DNA of 63,796 nucleotides, filler included, from an uncultured bacterium (GTDB taxonomy: Bacteria > Latescibacterota > UBA2968): the NCBI GenBank assembly GCA_964471275.1. It is 5 parts of 5 records of this genome, joined end to end, with 100 filler letters (N's around TTAATTAATTAA, not from the genome) between each part and the next. Parts side by side here need not be neighbours in the genome. Positions count along the whole stretch, not along the records: positions 1 to 13,654 come from CAYYGZ010000124.1; 4 more parts are not named here. One strand, given 5' to 3'. Positions 1 through 9,229 of the stretch are shown here, in pieces; within the stretch, counting starts at the first letter, position 1, and the number at the start of each line of letters is the position of its first letter. The position numbers were made by a program, and so were the translations under genes. Under the pieces are notes generated by a model. That model worked only from the letters and a program-made list of their open reading frames with translations, was not told the origin of the DNA and made no database searches.

Positions 1-1
1 T

Positions 2-289
2 GATGGTCGAGAGGCGAGAGCGCTTCGTGACCACCAAGCAGTTCCTAGAGACGGAGTCGTAAGGATCAGCCGTGAAACGAAGGGCCGTAAGGGCAAAGGA
101 ATGACCATTATAACGGGTGTTCCCTTACGTGGTGATGATCTGAAGGACCTTGCAAAACAGCTCAAGCAGAAGTGCGGTACGGGCGGAACAGTAAAGGGAG
201 ACGTGATCGAGATCCAGGGAGATCATCGCGACAGGCTTGTCCACGAGCTTTCTGAGCTCGGATGGACAGTCAAACGGGCGGGTGGCTAG
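2..289 (+). CDS. yciH: Translation initiation factor SUI1/YciH family protein (5'-truncated by window edge)
   Basis: Frame is open from base 2 and reads DGVVRISRETKGRKGKGMTIITG...LKQKCGTGGTVKGDVIEIQGDHR, the SUI1 signature. Confidence 0.9.
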   Translation, partial: DGREARALRDHQAVPRDGVVRISRETKGRKGKGMTIITGVPLRGDDLKDLAKQLKQKCGTGGTVKGDVIEIQGDHRDRLVHELSELGWTVKRAGG

Positions 290-1435
290 ATGAGGGTTTT
301 AAAGAAGCTTCCGGATCCGTTCTGCATGGACGACGAGCACCGCGTCGCCTCGATCGCGGACTGGGCCGTACGTCGGCGGGAAATCCTCGGCCTCCTAATG
401 GATACGCAGTACGGCACGATGCCTACGGCGCCAGACCTTGTGAGAGAATCAACTGGCGAGTGGGAGGCATTACACGATGGGAGGAAGCGACGCCTCGACC
501 AACTGGAGTTCACCCCGAATCCTGAAAAGCCCAGAGTCACGTTCAACCTGACGGTCACACTCACCTACCCGTCCGACGAAGCGATCGCGCGGCGGGCCAA
601 GGAGGATCCCGGCTTCCGTGAGGGGGGGCTCCCCGCCCTGATCTACGTCGGCAGCAAGGCTCATAACGCTGTTCTGGAAAACGGATACATCGTCATCAAC
701 TACCCGAACGATACGCTAGAGCCGATGGAGATGGGAAAACCGGTCCTCGGCCCTGCACGCGGAGCCTATGCAACCTTATCCCCCAAAAAGTTCACGTGGG
801 GATCCATTTCTGCTTGGGCGTGGGGCGCAATCCGTGTCCTCGACCACGCGGTTCGACTCGAGGAAATCAACAGTGATCGCATCGCGATCTCCGGACACTC
901 CCGGAACGGGAAAACCACACTCCTCGCGGGTGCGATCGACGATAGATTTGCGGTCGTCAATCCTGCCGGATCGGGCTGCGCGGGAGCGGGATCCTATCTT
1001 GCGCTGGGAGATAACTGCGAGGACCTGGCCGCCCTGACGAGCAGGGACCGTTGGTGGGCGTGGACACACCCGGATTTCGAGAATTTCGCCGGCAAGGAAG
1101 AGTCACTCCCATTTGATCAGCATTTTCTGATGTCTCTCATTGCGCCACGACCGCTGCTCAGAACCGAGGGCATCGACGACCATTGGGCGAACCCGGAAGG
1201 CACCTCGGTCTCCTTTCTGGCGACACAGCCCATCTACGATTTCCTGGATGTATCGGATAGAAACGCCATCTGCTACCGTCCTGGGGGCCACGATCACACC
1301 GAGGAGGATGCGAGCGCCCTTGTGGCACTGTGTGACGAGAGCTTCTTCGGACACTCGCGTCAAATGGACTTCTCACGTCCCCTGAAAGACACACCAGCAG
1401 CGGAAACCCTCTTCGACTGGACTTCACCGACCTAG
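290..1435 (+). CDS. CE15-like glucuronoyl/acetylxylan esterase (alpha/beta hydrolase)
   Basis: WGSISAWAWG, GHSRNGK nucleophile motif, SGCAG, LPFDQH..LIAPRPL, WANPEG, GGH; no signal peptide seen. Confidence 0.8.
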   Translation: MRVLKKLPDPFCMDDEHRVASIADWAVRRREILGLLMDTQYGTMPTAPDLVRESTGEWEALHDGRKRRLDQLEFTPNPEKPRVTFNLTVTLTYPSDEAIARRAKEDPGFREGGLPALIYVGSKAHNAVLENGYIVINYPNDTLEPMEMGKPVLGPARGAYATLSPKKFTWGSISAWAWGAIRVLDHAVRLEEINSDRIAISGHSRNGKTTLLAGAIDDRFAVVNPAGSGCAGAGSYLALGDNCEDLAALTSRDRWWAWTHPDFENFAGKEESLPFDQHFLMSLIAPRPLLRTEGIDDHWANPEGTSVSFLATQPIYDFLDVSDRNAICYRPGGHDHTEEDASALVALCDESFFGHSRQMDFSRPLKDTPAAETLFDWTSPT

Positions 1436-1498
1436 CACTGACTCTCTATCCCTGTGCGAATCATCGGACGATCTCACACCCGAACAACTCCGGGGCCT

Positions 1499-2392
1499 AT
1501 GTCAACGACTCACATCTACAAAGAAGCCACCGGATGCGAGATCCTCCTCGACATCCACCCTGCCCAGACCGGATCCGGTCCTTCTCCCGCCATTCTACAT
1601 ATTCACGGGGGCGCGCTCATTATGGGGCAACGCGCGCAGAACCCCCAGGATATGGCCCGATACACGGAGCGCGGCTACACGGTCTTCGCGATCGACTACC
1701 GGCTGGCCCCCGAATCCAAACTGCCTGCAATCATATCGGATGTACAGGATGCGCTGACCTGGATAAGACTGCGGGGCCCGGAATTCTCAGATATCGACGC
1801 GACCCGCGTCGCGGCTGTTGGCCACTCGGCCGGAGGATATCTGGCCCTGCAATCTGGCACATTCCCCGACCCACCGGACGCAGTCGTCTCCTTCTACGGA
1901 TACGGCGACATCGTGGGACCGTGGTATTCAGAGCCCGATCCCTTCTATTGCACACAGGAGATCATCTCGGAGCCCCGCGCACGGGCAAACTTCAGTGGTC
2001 CACCTGTGTCGCGCCCCGACGAGCGACCGGGCGATGGCAGATTCTACCTATACTGCCGGCAGCAGGGCATCTGGCCTAACGAGGTGGGTGGCCGTGACCC
2101 TCGACAGCACACCGAATTTTTCACTCCCTATTGTCCAGACCAGAATGTAGCTGGCGGGTACCCGCCAGCTCTGCTCCTTCACGGCACAGCAGATACGGAC
2201 GTCCCCTACGAGCTCTCGGTTCGCATGGCTGAAGCCCTGGATGAGCAGCGCATCGAACACGAACTAATCACCATACAAGGTGGGGGTCATGGCTTTGAAG
2301 GAGGGCACGGGGACAACACACCCAATACGGTTATCGACGCCTGGGATCGTGTCTACGCGTTCCTGGATAGACACCTCTCTCCAGACTCGTGA
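1499..2392 (+). CDS. Alpha/beta hydrolase (BD-FAE/HSL-like esterase)
   Basis: HGGA oxyanion motif, DYRLAPE, GHSAGG, HGTADTDVP, GGHGF; ATG 1499 preferred to GTG 1454. Confidence 0.85.
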   Translation: MSTTHIYKEATGCEILLDIHPAQTGSGPSPAILHIHGGALIMGQRAQNPQDMARYTERGYTVFAIDYRLAPESKLPAIISDVQDALTWIRLRGPEFSDIDATRVAAVGHSAGGYLALQSGTFPDPPDAVVSFYGYGDIVGPWYSEPDPFYCTQEIISEPRARANFSGPPVSRPDERPGDGRFYLYCRQQGIWPNEVGGRDPRQHTEFFTPYCPDQNVAGGYPPALLLHGTADTDVPYELSVRMAEALDEQRIEHELITIQGGGHGFEGGHGDNTPNTVIDAWDRVYAFLDRHLSPDS

Positions 2393-2613
2393 TCGACTCG
2401 CCGCCCCCTCTCCTTCACATCGGCGACGACAGGACCGACTCCCTCGATCCCGGGGGGTCCCCACACACGAGTTGATGGACGGAGCCGCCTGTTGGGCTGT
2501 CACGGCAGATCCTGCACGCACGTTGAGCGGAACGGTCTTTCTCTTCATCGCGGTCAGAGAGGGAATAGGTGCACCGGAAAGATTCGATCCAGGAGAACGA
2601 CAAGGTGAGCGAG

Positions 2614-3765
2614 ATGCATAGCACCCCAACAAATGTCTGGTTCTTCTGGGAAGGGGGGGACGACTTCACCCTCGCACACCGCGGTAACCCCTACGGCCCG
2701 TTACTCGCGATCGCCATGGCCGAACGCGGCATCACCTACCGTCACGGCAACTATGACTTCACGAAGGAGTGGCTCGAGAGTGCGCGCGAATCCAGCGAGA
2801 TCCTGCATCTCAATTGGGCGCACCTCTTCTACAAGGCAGATGACCTCGAATCCGGCGTCCGGAAATTAAAGCGCTTCACGAACAACCTCCAGTTCGCCAA
2901 ATCACTCGGATATCGGATCATCTGGACTTTCCACAACGTCTACCCACACGAGCGCGCGTTCCCGGAGATCGATCACGACGCGCAGGTCATGCTCTGTCAG
3001 GTCGCTGACGAGATGATTGCTCACTGCCAATATGCCGCTGATCGCTGCGCCGAGCTGTTTTACCGGCAGTCGCGCCTCACCGTGGTTCCCCACGGGAACT
3101 ATATCGATGCGTACCCGAATGAAGTCAGCCGAGCAGAGGCGCGAAGCAGAATGGGGATCGAGCCTGACGCGAGGGTCTTCGTTTTCTCGGGAACCGCACG
3201 GCCATACAAAGGTATAGACAGGCTTATCGAAACGTTCCGACAGATTGCTGAACCAAACGATCACTTACTGCTGATGATGCGGCACTTTAGGTTCAACCCA
3301 CAGTATGCTCTGGATTACGTGGCGATGGCAGGAGAGACACAGAACATCACCGCCGTATCTGCTGACTTCTTCGAACGGGATGAATTTCAGAATTACCTCA
3401 AAGCTGCAGATGTTGCCGTTCTGCCCTTCCTTGATGTTCTGACATCAGGTTCTGCCATCCTTGCCCTCTCCTTCGGCCTTCCGGTCATTCTGCCGAAATT
3501 GGGATGTCTACCTGAGTTGGTTCCCGGTGAGGAAGGCATTCTTTTCGATCCAACGGATCCGAACGGCCTTCGACATGCAATGGAATCTGTCCGATCGATG
3601 GATCTTGGGGCGGTCTCGACCAACGCAATGAAGCGTGCCAGGGAGCTCGATTGGGCTACCATCGCAGGAACCATCTCAGAGCTCTACGCATCCGATTCGA
3701 GGGAAGGCCTTGATCAAAGTCATCCGTCTGCGCTTCGCGATTTCCCAGAGGCGCGGGAGCAGTGA
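2614..3765 (+). CDS. GT4 family glycosyltransferase
   Basis: WTFHNVYPHE, PHGNY, RPYKG, ADVAVLPF..LTSGSAILALSFGLPVI; start uncertain (2569 or 2614). Confidence 0.85.
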   Translation: MHSTPTNVWFFWEGGDDFTLAHRGNPYGPLLAIAMAERGITYRHGNYDFTKEWLESARESSEILHLNWAHLFYKADDLESGVRKLKRFTNNLQFAKSLGYRIIWTFHNVYPHERAFPEIDHDAQVMLCQVADEMIAHCQYAADRCAELFYRQSRLTVVPHGNYIDAYPNEVSRAEARSRMGIEPDARVFVFSGTARPYKGIDRLIETFRQIAEPNDHLLLMMRHFRFNPQYALDYVAMAGETQNITAVSADFFERDEFQNYLKAADVAVLPFLDVLTSGSAILALSFGLPVILPKLGCLPELVPGEEGILFDPTDPNGLRHAMESVRSMDLGAVSTNAMKRARELDWATIAGTISELYASDSREGLDQSHPSALRDFPEAREQ

Positions 3766-3946
3766 GCGATTTGCACAACGTCGCTAGAACAAGGACGTCA
3801 CGCCAGCCCTGAGGTACTTCACCCGGTCCAGAGGATGATCCCTCTACAGCCCGAATACCCTCGTCAGCGGATCAACACCGCAGAGGGTGTGTCGGGGAAC
3901 AGGTTCTGTGCCCACAGACAAGGGAAGGAACATCTGGAACAAGAGA

Positions 3947-4207
3947 CTAGGTATCGTTGTCCATCCGCAGGTTCTTCAGAAGCGTGGCCACGTCATCGGC
4001 CCGATCCTCGCTGACCCAGATCTCCGCGGGTCCGGCGGCCTGATTGTAGCCAAGCCCGGCCCGACCTGAACCGACCAAATCCTGCAGAATCTCTCCTTCC
4101 ACGACGTAACGGATCTTCTCATTGTCCAGAATGGATTGCGCAAGTTCAAGCAACAGTACATCTCCCGTGCTCAAAACACATCGCCAATGGGGTGCCTCGG
4201 TATTCAT
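3947..4207 (-). CDS. DUF2007 family (putative signal-transducing) small protein
   Basis: LAQSILDNEKIRYVVEGE...GPAEIWVSEDRADDVATLL pattern; ATG 4207 follows AAAGGAA. Confidence 0.7.
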   Translation of the reverse strand: MNTEAPHWRCVLSTGDVLLLELAQSILDNEKIRYVVEGEILQDLVGSGRAGLGYNQAAGPAEIWVSEDRADDVATLLKNLRMDNDT

Positions 4208-4395
4208 CTTTGTTCCTTTTAGCCTGCCAGGGATCTGGTCATACAGTCGGCATATACCCTTTTGCCCCGCCTCCTGAAACCATACTCGGCAAACTCCTGC
4301 CAGGTCAAGCCTTCCGACTCGCCTCAGACAAGCATCGCCCTCGGTTCGGGACCGAGGGCGATGCCCTGTCACCTGTGAAACATTTCTATGGTCGG

Positions 4396-5259
4396 CTAGG
4401 ACCCAAACACCTCTTTGAATTTGCCTACGGAAGCACGGAATCCATCCTCAAAGGTACCTATCTCCGGTCGATATACGCTCTCATAAGAAATGCCATCCGT
4501 ATAGCCATCACGTTTGAGGGCATTGGCGATGTCACACATATAGGGCGCAACATCTCCCTTACCGAGAGGCTGAAAGGCGACAGTTGCCCGCGCAATATTG
4601 GCAGTTGCATCCTTGATGTGGATGTGTCCGATGATATCCTTGATCTCCTCGTAGGCATCCGGATACGGAATGTCAGTGCAATACATGGTATTCGGGATAT
4701 CCCATAGGACCCGTAATCGATCAGACCCCATTCCATCCACGAACTTCCTTCCCAAATACCCCGACGTCACCATCGAGTTGTTACCCGTCTCGACAACAAG
4801 CGTGATGCCTTCATCCTCAGCCAACTGCACGGGTGCCTCCATAAGCTTTAACAGCTTCTCGAATGCCCCGTTACTGACGATCCAGTCCTGCGCCCCATTG
4901 GACCCGAACATGATCATCTCCTTGCGAAAACTCATGATTCGCACGAGAGGCGCCCCCACGGCCTTCGCCATTCGGATGCATCTTCGAAGTCCGTCCATAT
5001 GCGCACGATGGACATCGTCGTCCGCCTCGGTATCCATAACGGATAGACCGGCGAAATTGTGTCGGGATATGCACGAAATCCGAACAGAGTACTGCTGAGC
5101 CAGTGACTTGATTCGCTCGATCTCCTCATCTGAATGGTCGCCGACCTCACAATCCCAGACGTGCTGCAGTTCAGCGTGATCAAGCCCCGCTTCAGTCAGA
5201 GTCCTCAGTGCGTGCTCAAAATCCCGGCTGATCCCATCAGTAATGACGCCTAGCTTCAT
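4396..5259 (-). CDS. Sugar phosphate isomerase/epimerase (xylose isomerase-like TIM barrel)
   Basis: KLGVITDGIS, LVVET, WDIPN, HIHIKD, ISYE metal-ligand pattern. Confidence 0.85.
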   Translation of the reverse strand: MKLGVITDGISRDFEHALRTLTEAGLDHAELQHVWDCEVGDHSDEEIERIKSLAQQYSVRISCISRHNFAGLSVMDTEADDDVHRAHMDGLRRCIRMAKAVGAPLVRIMSFRKEMIMFGSNGAQDWIVSNGAFEKLLKLMEAPVQLAEDEGITLVVETGNNSMVTSGYLGRKFVDGMGSDRLRVLWDIPNTMYCTDIPYPDAYEEIKDIIGHIHIKDATANIARATVAFQPLGKGDVAPYMCDIANALKRDGYTDGISYESVYRPEIGTFEDGFRASVGKFKEVFGS

Positions 5260-5282
5260 CCTTTGATCACCTCGTTCGAGTT

Positions 5283-6176
5283 CTATTCGCTCGCCTTTAC
5301 CTCAATACCCAGCATGTCTTCGAGGATCTTTATGATCGCCCAGTTCGCTTCCTCCGGTCGGACACTGATGCCAGCCTGGAACCACTCGGCAGCAGATGAA
5401 GCCGTAAAGAGAGGAACCCCATACTGGCCAGCCAGCGTCTTCGCAATCCCAAGGTCCTTATGCATGGTTCCGATCCGGCTCTGACCCGTGAAATTGCGTT
5501 CCATGATGTTCTTCGCCGTGTCCCGGAACAAGAAGCTTCCCACTACGCTTGTACCAATCACTTCGCACAACGTCTCAGGCTTGACTCCTGCTTTCACACC
5601 AAGCGCCAGGGTCTCGAAGATCCCTGCATACGTGACACCCGTCAGGACGGCCAGGGAGGCCTTCACCGTCTGCCCAACGCCCACTTCATCACCGACGTGA
5701 ACGATGTTCTCGCCAACCGCCTGCAGCACGGGGAGCGTCCGGTCGAAGACATCCTTCTTCGCCGCCACCATCATGGTCAGCGTTCCTCCCGCAGCACCTG
5801 GGGCGCCGCCGCTTACGGGGGAATCGACAACATAGATCCCAGCGGCCTCAAGCGTAGACGCAACCTCCTCCAATTCCGACCGATGCACGGTTGCCGTGCA
5901 GATAAACGTTCCACCCGCTTGCATGCCCTCGAGGAGCCCTAATTCCCCGGAGACAATTTCACGTGCTTGGTCCCCGTTCATCACCATCACAAATACGAAG
6001 TCCACACGTGCTCCCACTTCCTTCGGTGACGCCGCTGCCATCGCTCCCTCCTCGACCAGAGGCGTCAGTTTCTCCGGTCGCAGATCGAAAACGGTGAGAT
6101 CGTGGCCCGCCTTGAGGATATTCCTCGCCATACCCGATCCCATGTCACCAACACCTATCAGACCCACTTTGGCCAT
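5283..6176 (-). CDS. NAD(P)-dependent beta-hydroxyacid dehydrogenase (3-hydroxyisobutyrate dehydrogenase / LtnD-like family)
   Basis: GLIGVGDMGSGMA, DSPVSGG, GTLTMM, GQTVK, MHKDLGI; GGAGG RBS just upstream of ATG 6176. Confidence 0.9.
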   Translation of the reverse strand: MAKVGLIGVGDMGSGMARNILKAGHDLTVFDLRPEKLTPLVEEGAMAAASPKEVGARVDFVFVMVMNGDQAREIVSGELGLLEGMQAGGTFICTATVHRSELEEVASTLEAAGIYVVDSPVSGGAPGAAGGTLTMMVAAKKDVFDRTLPVLQAVGENIVHVGDEVGVGQTVKASLAVLTGVTYAGIFETLALGVKAGVKPETLCEVIGTSVVGSFLFRDTAKNIMERNFTGQSRIGTMHKDLGIAKTLAGQYGVPLFTASSAAEWFQAGISVRPEEANWAIIKILEDMLGIEVKASE

Positions 6177-6198
6177 AGTTCCTCCGTGTTCTGTAGAC

Positions 6199-6239
6199 AT
6201 ACAGAAGGGGGGCCGAAAGCGGCCCCCCCCGATCTGTAT
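6199..6239 (-). terminator. Strong GC hairpin between the LutB-like gene and the dehydrogenase (terminator or mRNA-stabilising stem)
   Basis: GGGGGGCCG-AAAG-CGGCCCCCC stem with outer ATACAGA/TCTGTAT arms; only a weak U tract. Confidence 0.5.
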
Positions 6240-6286
6240 TATGGATGCTCCGTTGCATTGGGTCTCGGTTTACCGATAACCGACAC

Positions 6287-8413
6287 CTACAGTGATGCGA
6301 TCAGGTCGAGTGGGTGCCATACCTTCATCTCCGTCCCCTCCCTGAGATGAATCCCGCAGACAGAGCTTTCTGTCACGATCGATTCACAACCGGAATCCCG
6401 GAACCCCTCGAACAGCGGTTCCCCGATGGCATTCGCGAGTTCATAGCCCAGGTTCCCGGCCTTCAGCCCGAATGTACCGGCCATGCCACAACACGTTCCG
6501 GTCTCGACGATCTCGACCTTGGCGCCGCGGCGCTCGAGAAACGCCATCGCTCCCCCGCCCGCTCCCAGCGGACGTTGATGGCACGGTATGTGGAATCCAA
6601 ATTCTCTTCCCTCGAATGTCGAGTCGCTGTAACCCTCGGCCTCCTCGAGTTGCTCGACAAACTCAAAATACTCGAATGTCTTCTGACTGACCTCGTAAGC
6701 CTCCTGGCTCGCCGCACCATCCAGAAGCTTCGGATACGATTCCCGGAAGCAGAAGGCGGCCGTGGGCTCCGTAGTGACCACAGAGAAGCCCTGATCGACC
6801 CAACGCTTCATCAACTTCACGTTCTCTTCAGCGATACGTCGGGCACCCTTGAGATCACCGTACCCTATCGACGGATATCCACTTGCCTGCTGCTTGGGAT
6901 AAATGACTTCACACCCGAGCTTCTCCAGATGCTCGACTGCAGACATCCCGAGATCGGGATTGTTGTAGTTGGCAAATATGTCAGAAAAGAAAGCAACACG
7001 CCGACCGGGCTCTGTCGGTGGGTTCGGCTTACGGTTCTTCATCCGTTTCGCCAGGGTATTCCTACGGAACGGGGGCAGATCGCGACGGCGATCGATACCG
7101 ATCGCCTTCTCCATCGCCCATCTGAAGGCTCCGTTACGCATGAACCAGTTCGAAACGGGCGCAAACGCCGATCCCATCCGGGCAGCGCGTTCGGCATCCA
7201 TCAACAGCCTGTTCACGCGTGGGTGAGGATGTATTTCTGCATCCTTGTCCTTTACCCCAGCAATCATCATTGGGATATCGATCTCGGCCGGACAGATCTC
7301 CTTGCACAAACCACACGAGATACAAAGCGGGGAGAAGTCACCGGCGTATTCAAGTCCATGAACCTCGGACGTCCACGGGATCCCGATTGGCCCCGGGTAG
7401 ATATGACCAAATGTGTGCCCCCCCACAACACCATAGGTCGGGCAGATATTCATGCAGGCGCCGCAGCGAATGCAGTTCAGGGCGTCGGAGAAAAGTGGAT
7501 CTTCGCGCATCTCCGAACGACCGTTGTCCAGAATAACGATGTGCGTTTCGCGCGGTTCTCGTCCGGTGCCATCCCCAAGCGGGGACCGCCCTGCCTGCAT
7601 TGTCACATACGTTGTCGTGTGCTGGCCGACCGCGCTGATCGGATGGGCCATCAGCATCACGACCGCTTCATCGACAGACTCGACAATCTTTTCGACACCC
7701 ATCACGCAGATATGTACATCCGGAATACTCGACACGAGGCGGGCGTTTCCTTCATTCGTCTCAATCACAATCGCGCCAGATTCGGCAATCCCCACATTCG
7801 CGCCCGTCATACCGATATCGGCATCGAGAAAGATCGGTCTGAGATACTTCCGAACCACCTTCATGATCTCGTTCACATCGTGAGGAACCGGTTCGTTCAA
7901 CTCCTTCTCGAATATCTCTGCGACTTCTGGTGCGGTCTTGTGCACCGCAGGAAATACCAGATGAAACGGTTTTTCATGCACCTTCTGGATGATCAGCTCA
8001 CCGAGATCTGTCTCGATTACTTCCACACCCGCATCCTCCATCGGATGATTGATCTCGATCTCTTCTGTCGTCAACGACTTAGATTTTGCGCACGTCTTGG
8101 CTTCCGTGCGCTCGCAGATCTCCAGGACGTAATCGATCGCCGCCTTGCCATCCTTGGCCAGCACGACACTTGCGCCCCGCTTCTTCAGGTTCTCGACAAA
8201 TTGATCGAGCAGTTCATCCTGCTTACCCATACATCGGAGCTTGATCTCACGGACTTCCTTCCGGAACGAGTCGCCGCCTGCCAAAACTTCAAGCGCGCTC
8301 CGACGGCTGTCCCGGGCTCGCTTGACCGCCCGGTACAGCTGATCTCGTCGAGGTCGCTCTCGCAGTGCCGTTTCGATCTTCTCATTCAGCTCGGTATACC
8401 GTGCTTCTGCCAT
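6287..8413 (-). CDS. LutB/LldF-type LUD + 4Fe-4S protein fused to C-terminal CCG domains (LdhH-like)
   Basis: KSKSLTTEEI, ETDLGE, TGAN, NEGNARL, CIRCGACMNICP, CISCGLCKEICP, PCH and CCGMAGTFG. Confidence 0.88.
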   Translation of the reverse strand: MAEARYTELNEKIETALRERPRRDQLYRAVKRARDSRRSALEVLAGGDSFRKEVREIKLRCMGKQDELLDQFVENLKKRGASVVLAKDGKAAIDYVLEICERTEAKTCAKSKSLTTEEIEINHPMEDAGVEVIETDLGELIIQKVHEKPFHLVFPAVHKTAPEVAEIFEKELNEPVPHDVNEIMKVVRKYLRPIFLDADIGMTGANVGIAESGAIVIETNEGNARLVSSIPDVHICVMGVEKIVESVDEAVVMLMAHPISAVGQHTTTYVTMQAGRSPLGDGTGREPRETHIVILDNGRSEMREDPLFSDALNCIRCGACMNICPTYGVVGGHTFGHIYPGPIGIPWTSEVHGLEYAGDFSPLCISCGLCKEICPAEIDIPMMIAGVKDKDAEIHPHPRVNRLLMDAERAARMGSAFAPVSNWFMRNGAFRWAMEKAIGIDRRRDLPPFRRNTLAKRMKNRKPNPPTEPGRRVAFFSDIFANYNNPDLGMSAVEHLEKLGCEVIYPKQQASGYPSIGYGDLKGARRIAEENVKLMKRWVDQGFSVVTTEPTAAFCFRESYPKLLDGAASQEAYEVSQKTFEYFEFVEQLEEAEGYSDSTFEGREFGFHIPCHQRPLGAGGGAMAFLERRGAKVEIVETGTCCGMAGTFGLKAGNLGYELANAIGEPLFEGFRDSGCESIVTESSVCGIHLREGTEMKVWHPLDLIASL

Positions 8414-8502
8414 ATATCCCGTTCTCTGGACTGAGTGTCGTAATCAGGAAGCCGGTTGGTGAATTGCGATTGCGATCAGTGGATCCGGCTCAGTGGCTGG
8501 GA

Positions 8503-9066
8503 TCAACCCAGGACGATCGCGTGGGAGACTTCAGGGCCGTGGACACCGAGCGTAAGTTTCATCTCGATGTCTGCTGTTCTGCTCGGCCCTGATATAAACG
8601 TCACTGTTGCATCCAGTGGGTTTGCTTCAAAGAAGGTTCGAATGCGGATTGCGGAGTCCTTGAGGGTCTGTACCAGTGTCTCCGCTCGGAAAACACCGAT
8701 GTGCACCCTTGGCAGCGTGGACACCAATCGATAGGCATCGTTCGTCGCAAACTCGATCAAGGTCCCGCTTTCTGCTATCGCGAAAGCCGCTTCGGACACG
8801 CCCAACTCCGCCTGATCGATCCCGTCAGGCAGTTCCTCACCTTTAAAGGGAGGACCATAGGGTTCAATTCTTACCTCACTTAGACCCGATTCAACAAGCG
8901 CTTTCAACGATGCACCCAGTTCGCCGATCGCCACCCGCTTTGCGTTCAGACCGCTGGAGATCTCCAGGATGCGTTGAGCGGCATCCGCCTCGGTCGGGCA
9001 GATGTGGACCCGCCCGGCCAGTGACTCGTACTTTGCTTGAAACTGCTCGACTACGGATTCTGCCAT
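8503..9066 (-). CDS. LutC/YkgG (LUD domain) lactate utilisation protein C-like
   Basis: AIAESGTL, RLVSTLPRVH, FISGPSRTADIE..LTLGVHGP. Confidence 0.9.
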   Translation of the reverse strand: MAESVVEQFQAKYESLAGRVHICPTEADAAQRILEISSGLNAKRVAIGELGASLKALVESGLSEVRIEPYGPPFKGEELPDGIDQAELGVSEAAFAIAESGTLIEFATNDAYRLVSTLPRVHIGVFRAETLVQTLKDSAIRIRTFFEANPLDATVTFISGPSRTADIEMKLTLGVHGPEVSHAIVLG

Positions 9067-9229
9067 GTGCTTACCGTTCCTCGTGAGATTCGGGCTTGGA
9101 ACTGCAAAAATTACCCGTTGGTCGATCCTGTCGCAAGTCTTGAATTCTCAATGACAAAGGCCTTGAGACAGGTTACCTTCGAATCGTTTAGGACTGGAAG
9201 CGAACCCATAAAACAACGAAAACAGGGCT

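Noticed and set aside
3780..3946. Possible YgiT/MqsA-type zinc-finger remnant (LVPDVPSLVCG on the minus strand)
   Set aside because: Match is too short, with no start codon or first CxxC pair
6314..8434. 706-aa + strand ORF
   Set aside because: Exact antisense shadow of the LutB-CCG gene with no recognisable motifs; such shadows are common with GC-rich codon bias
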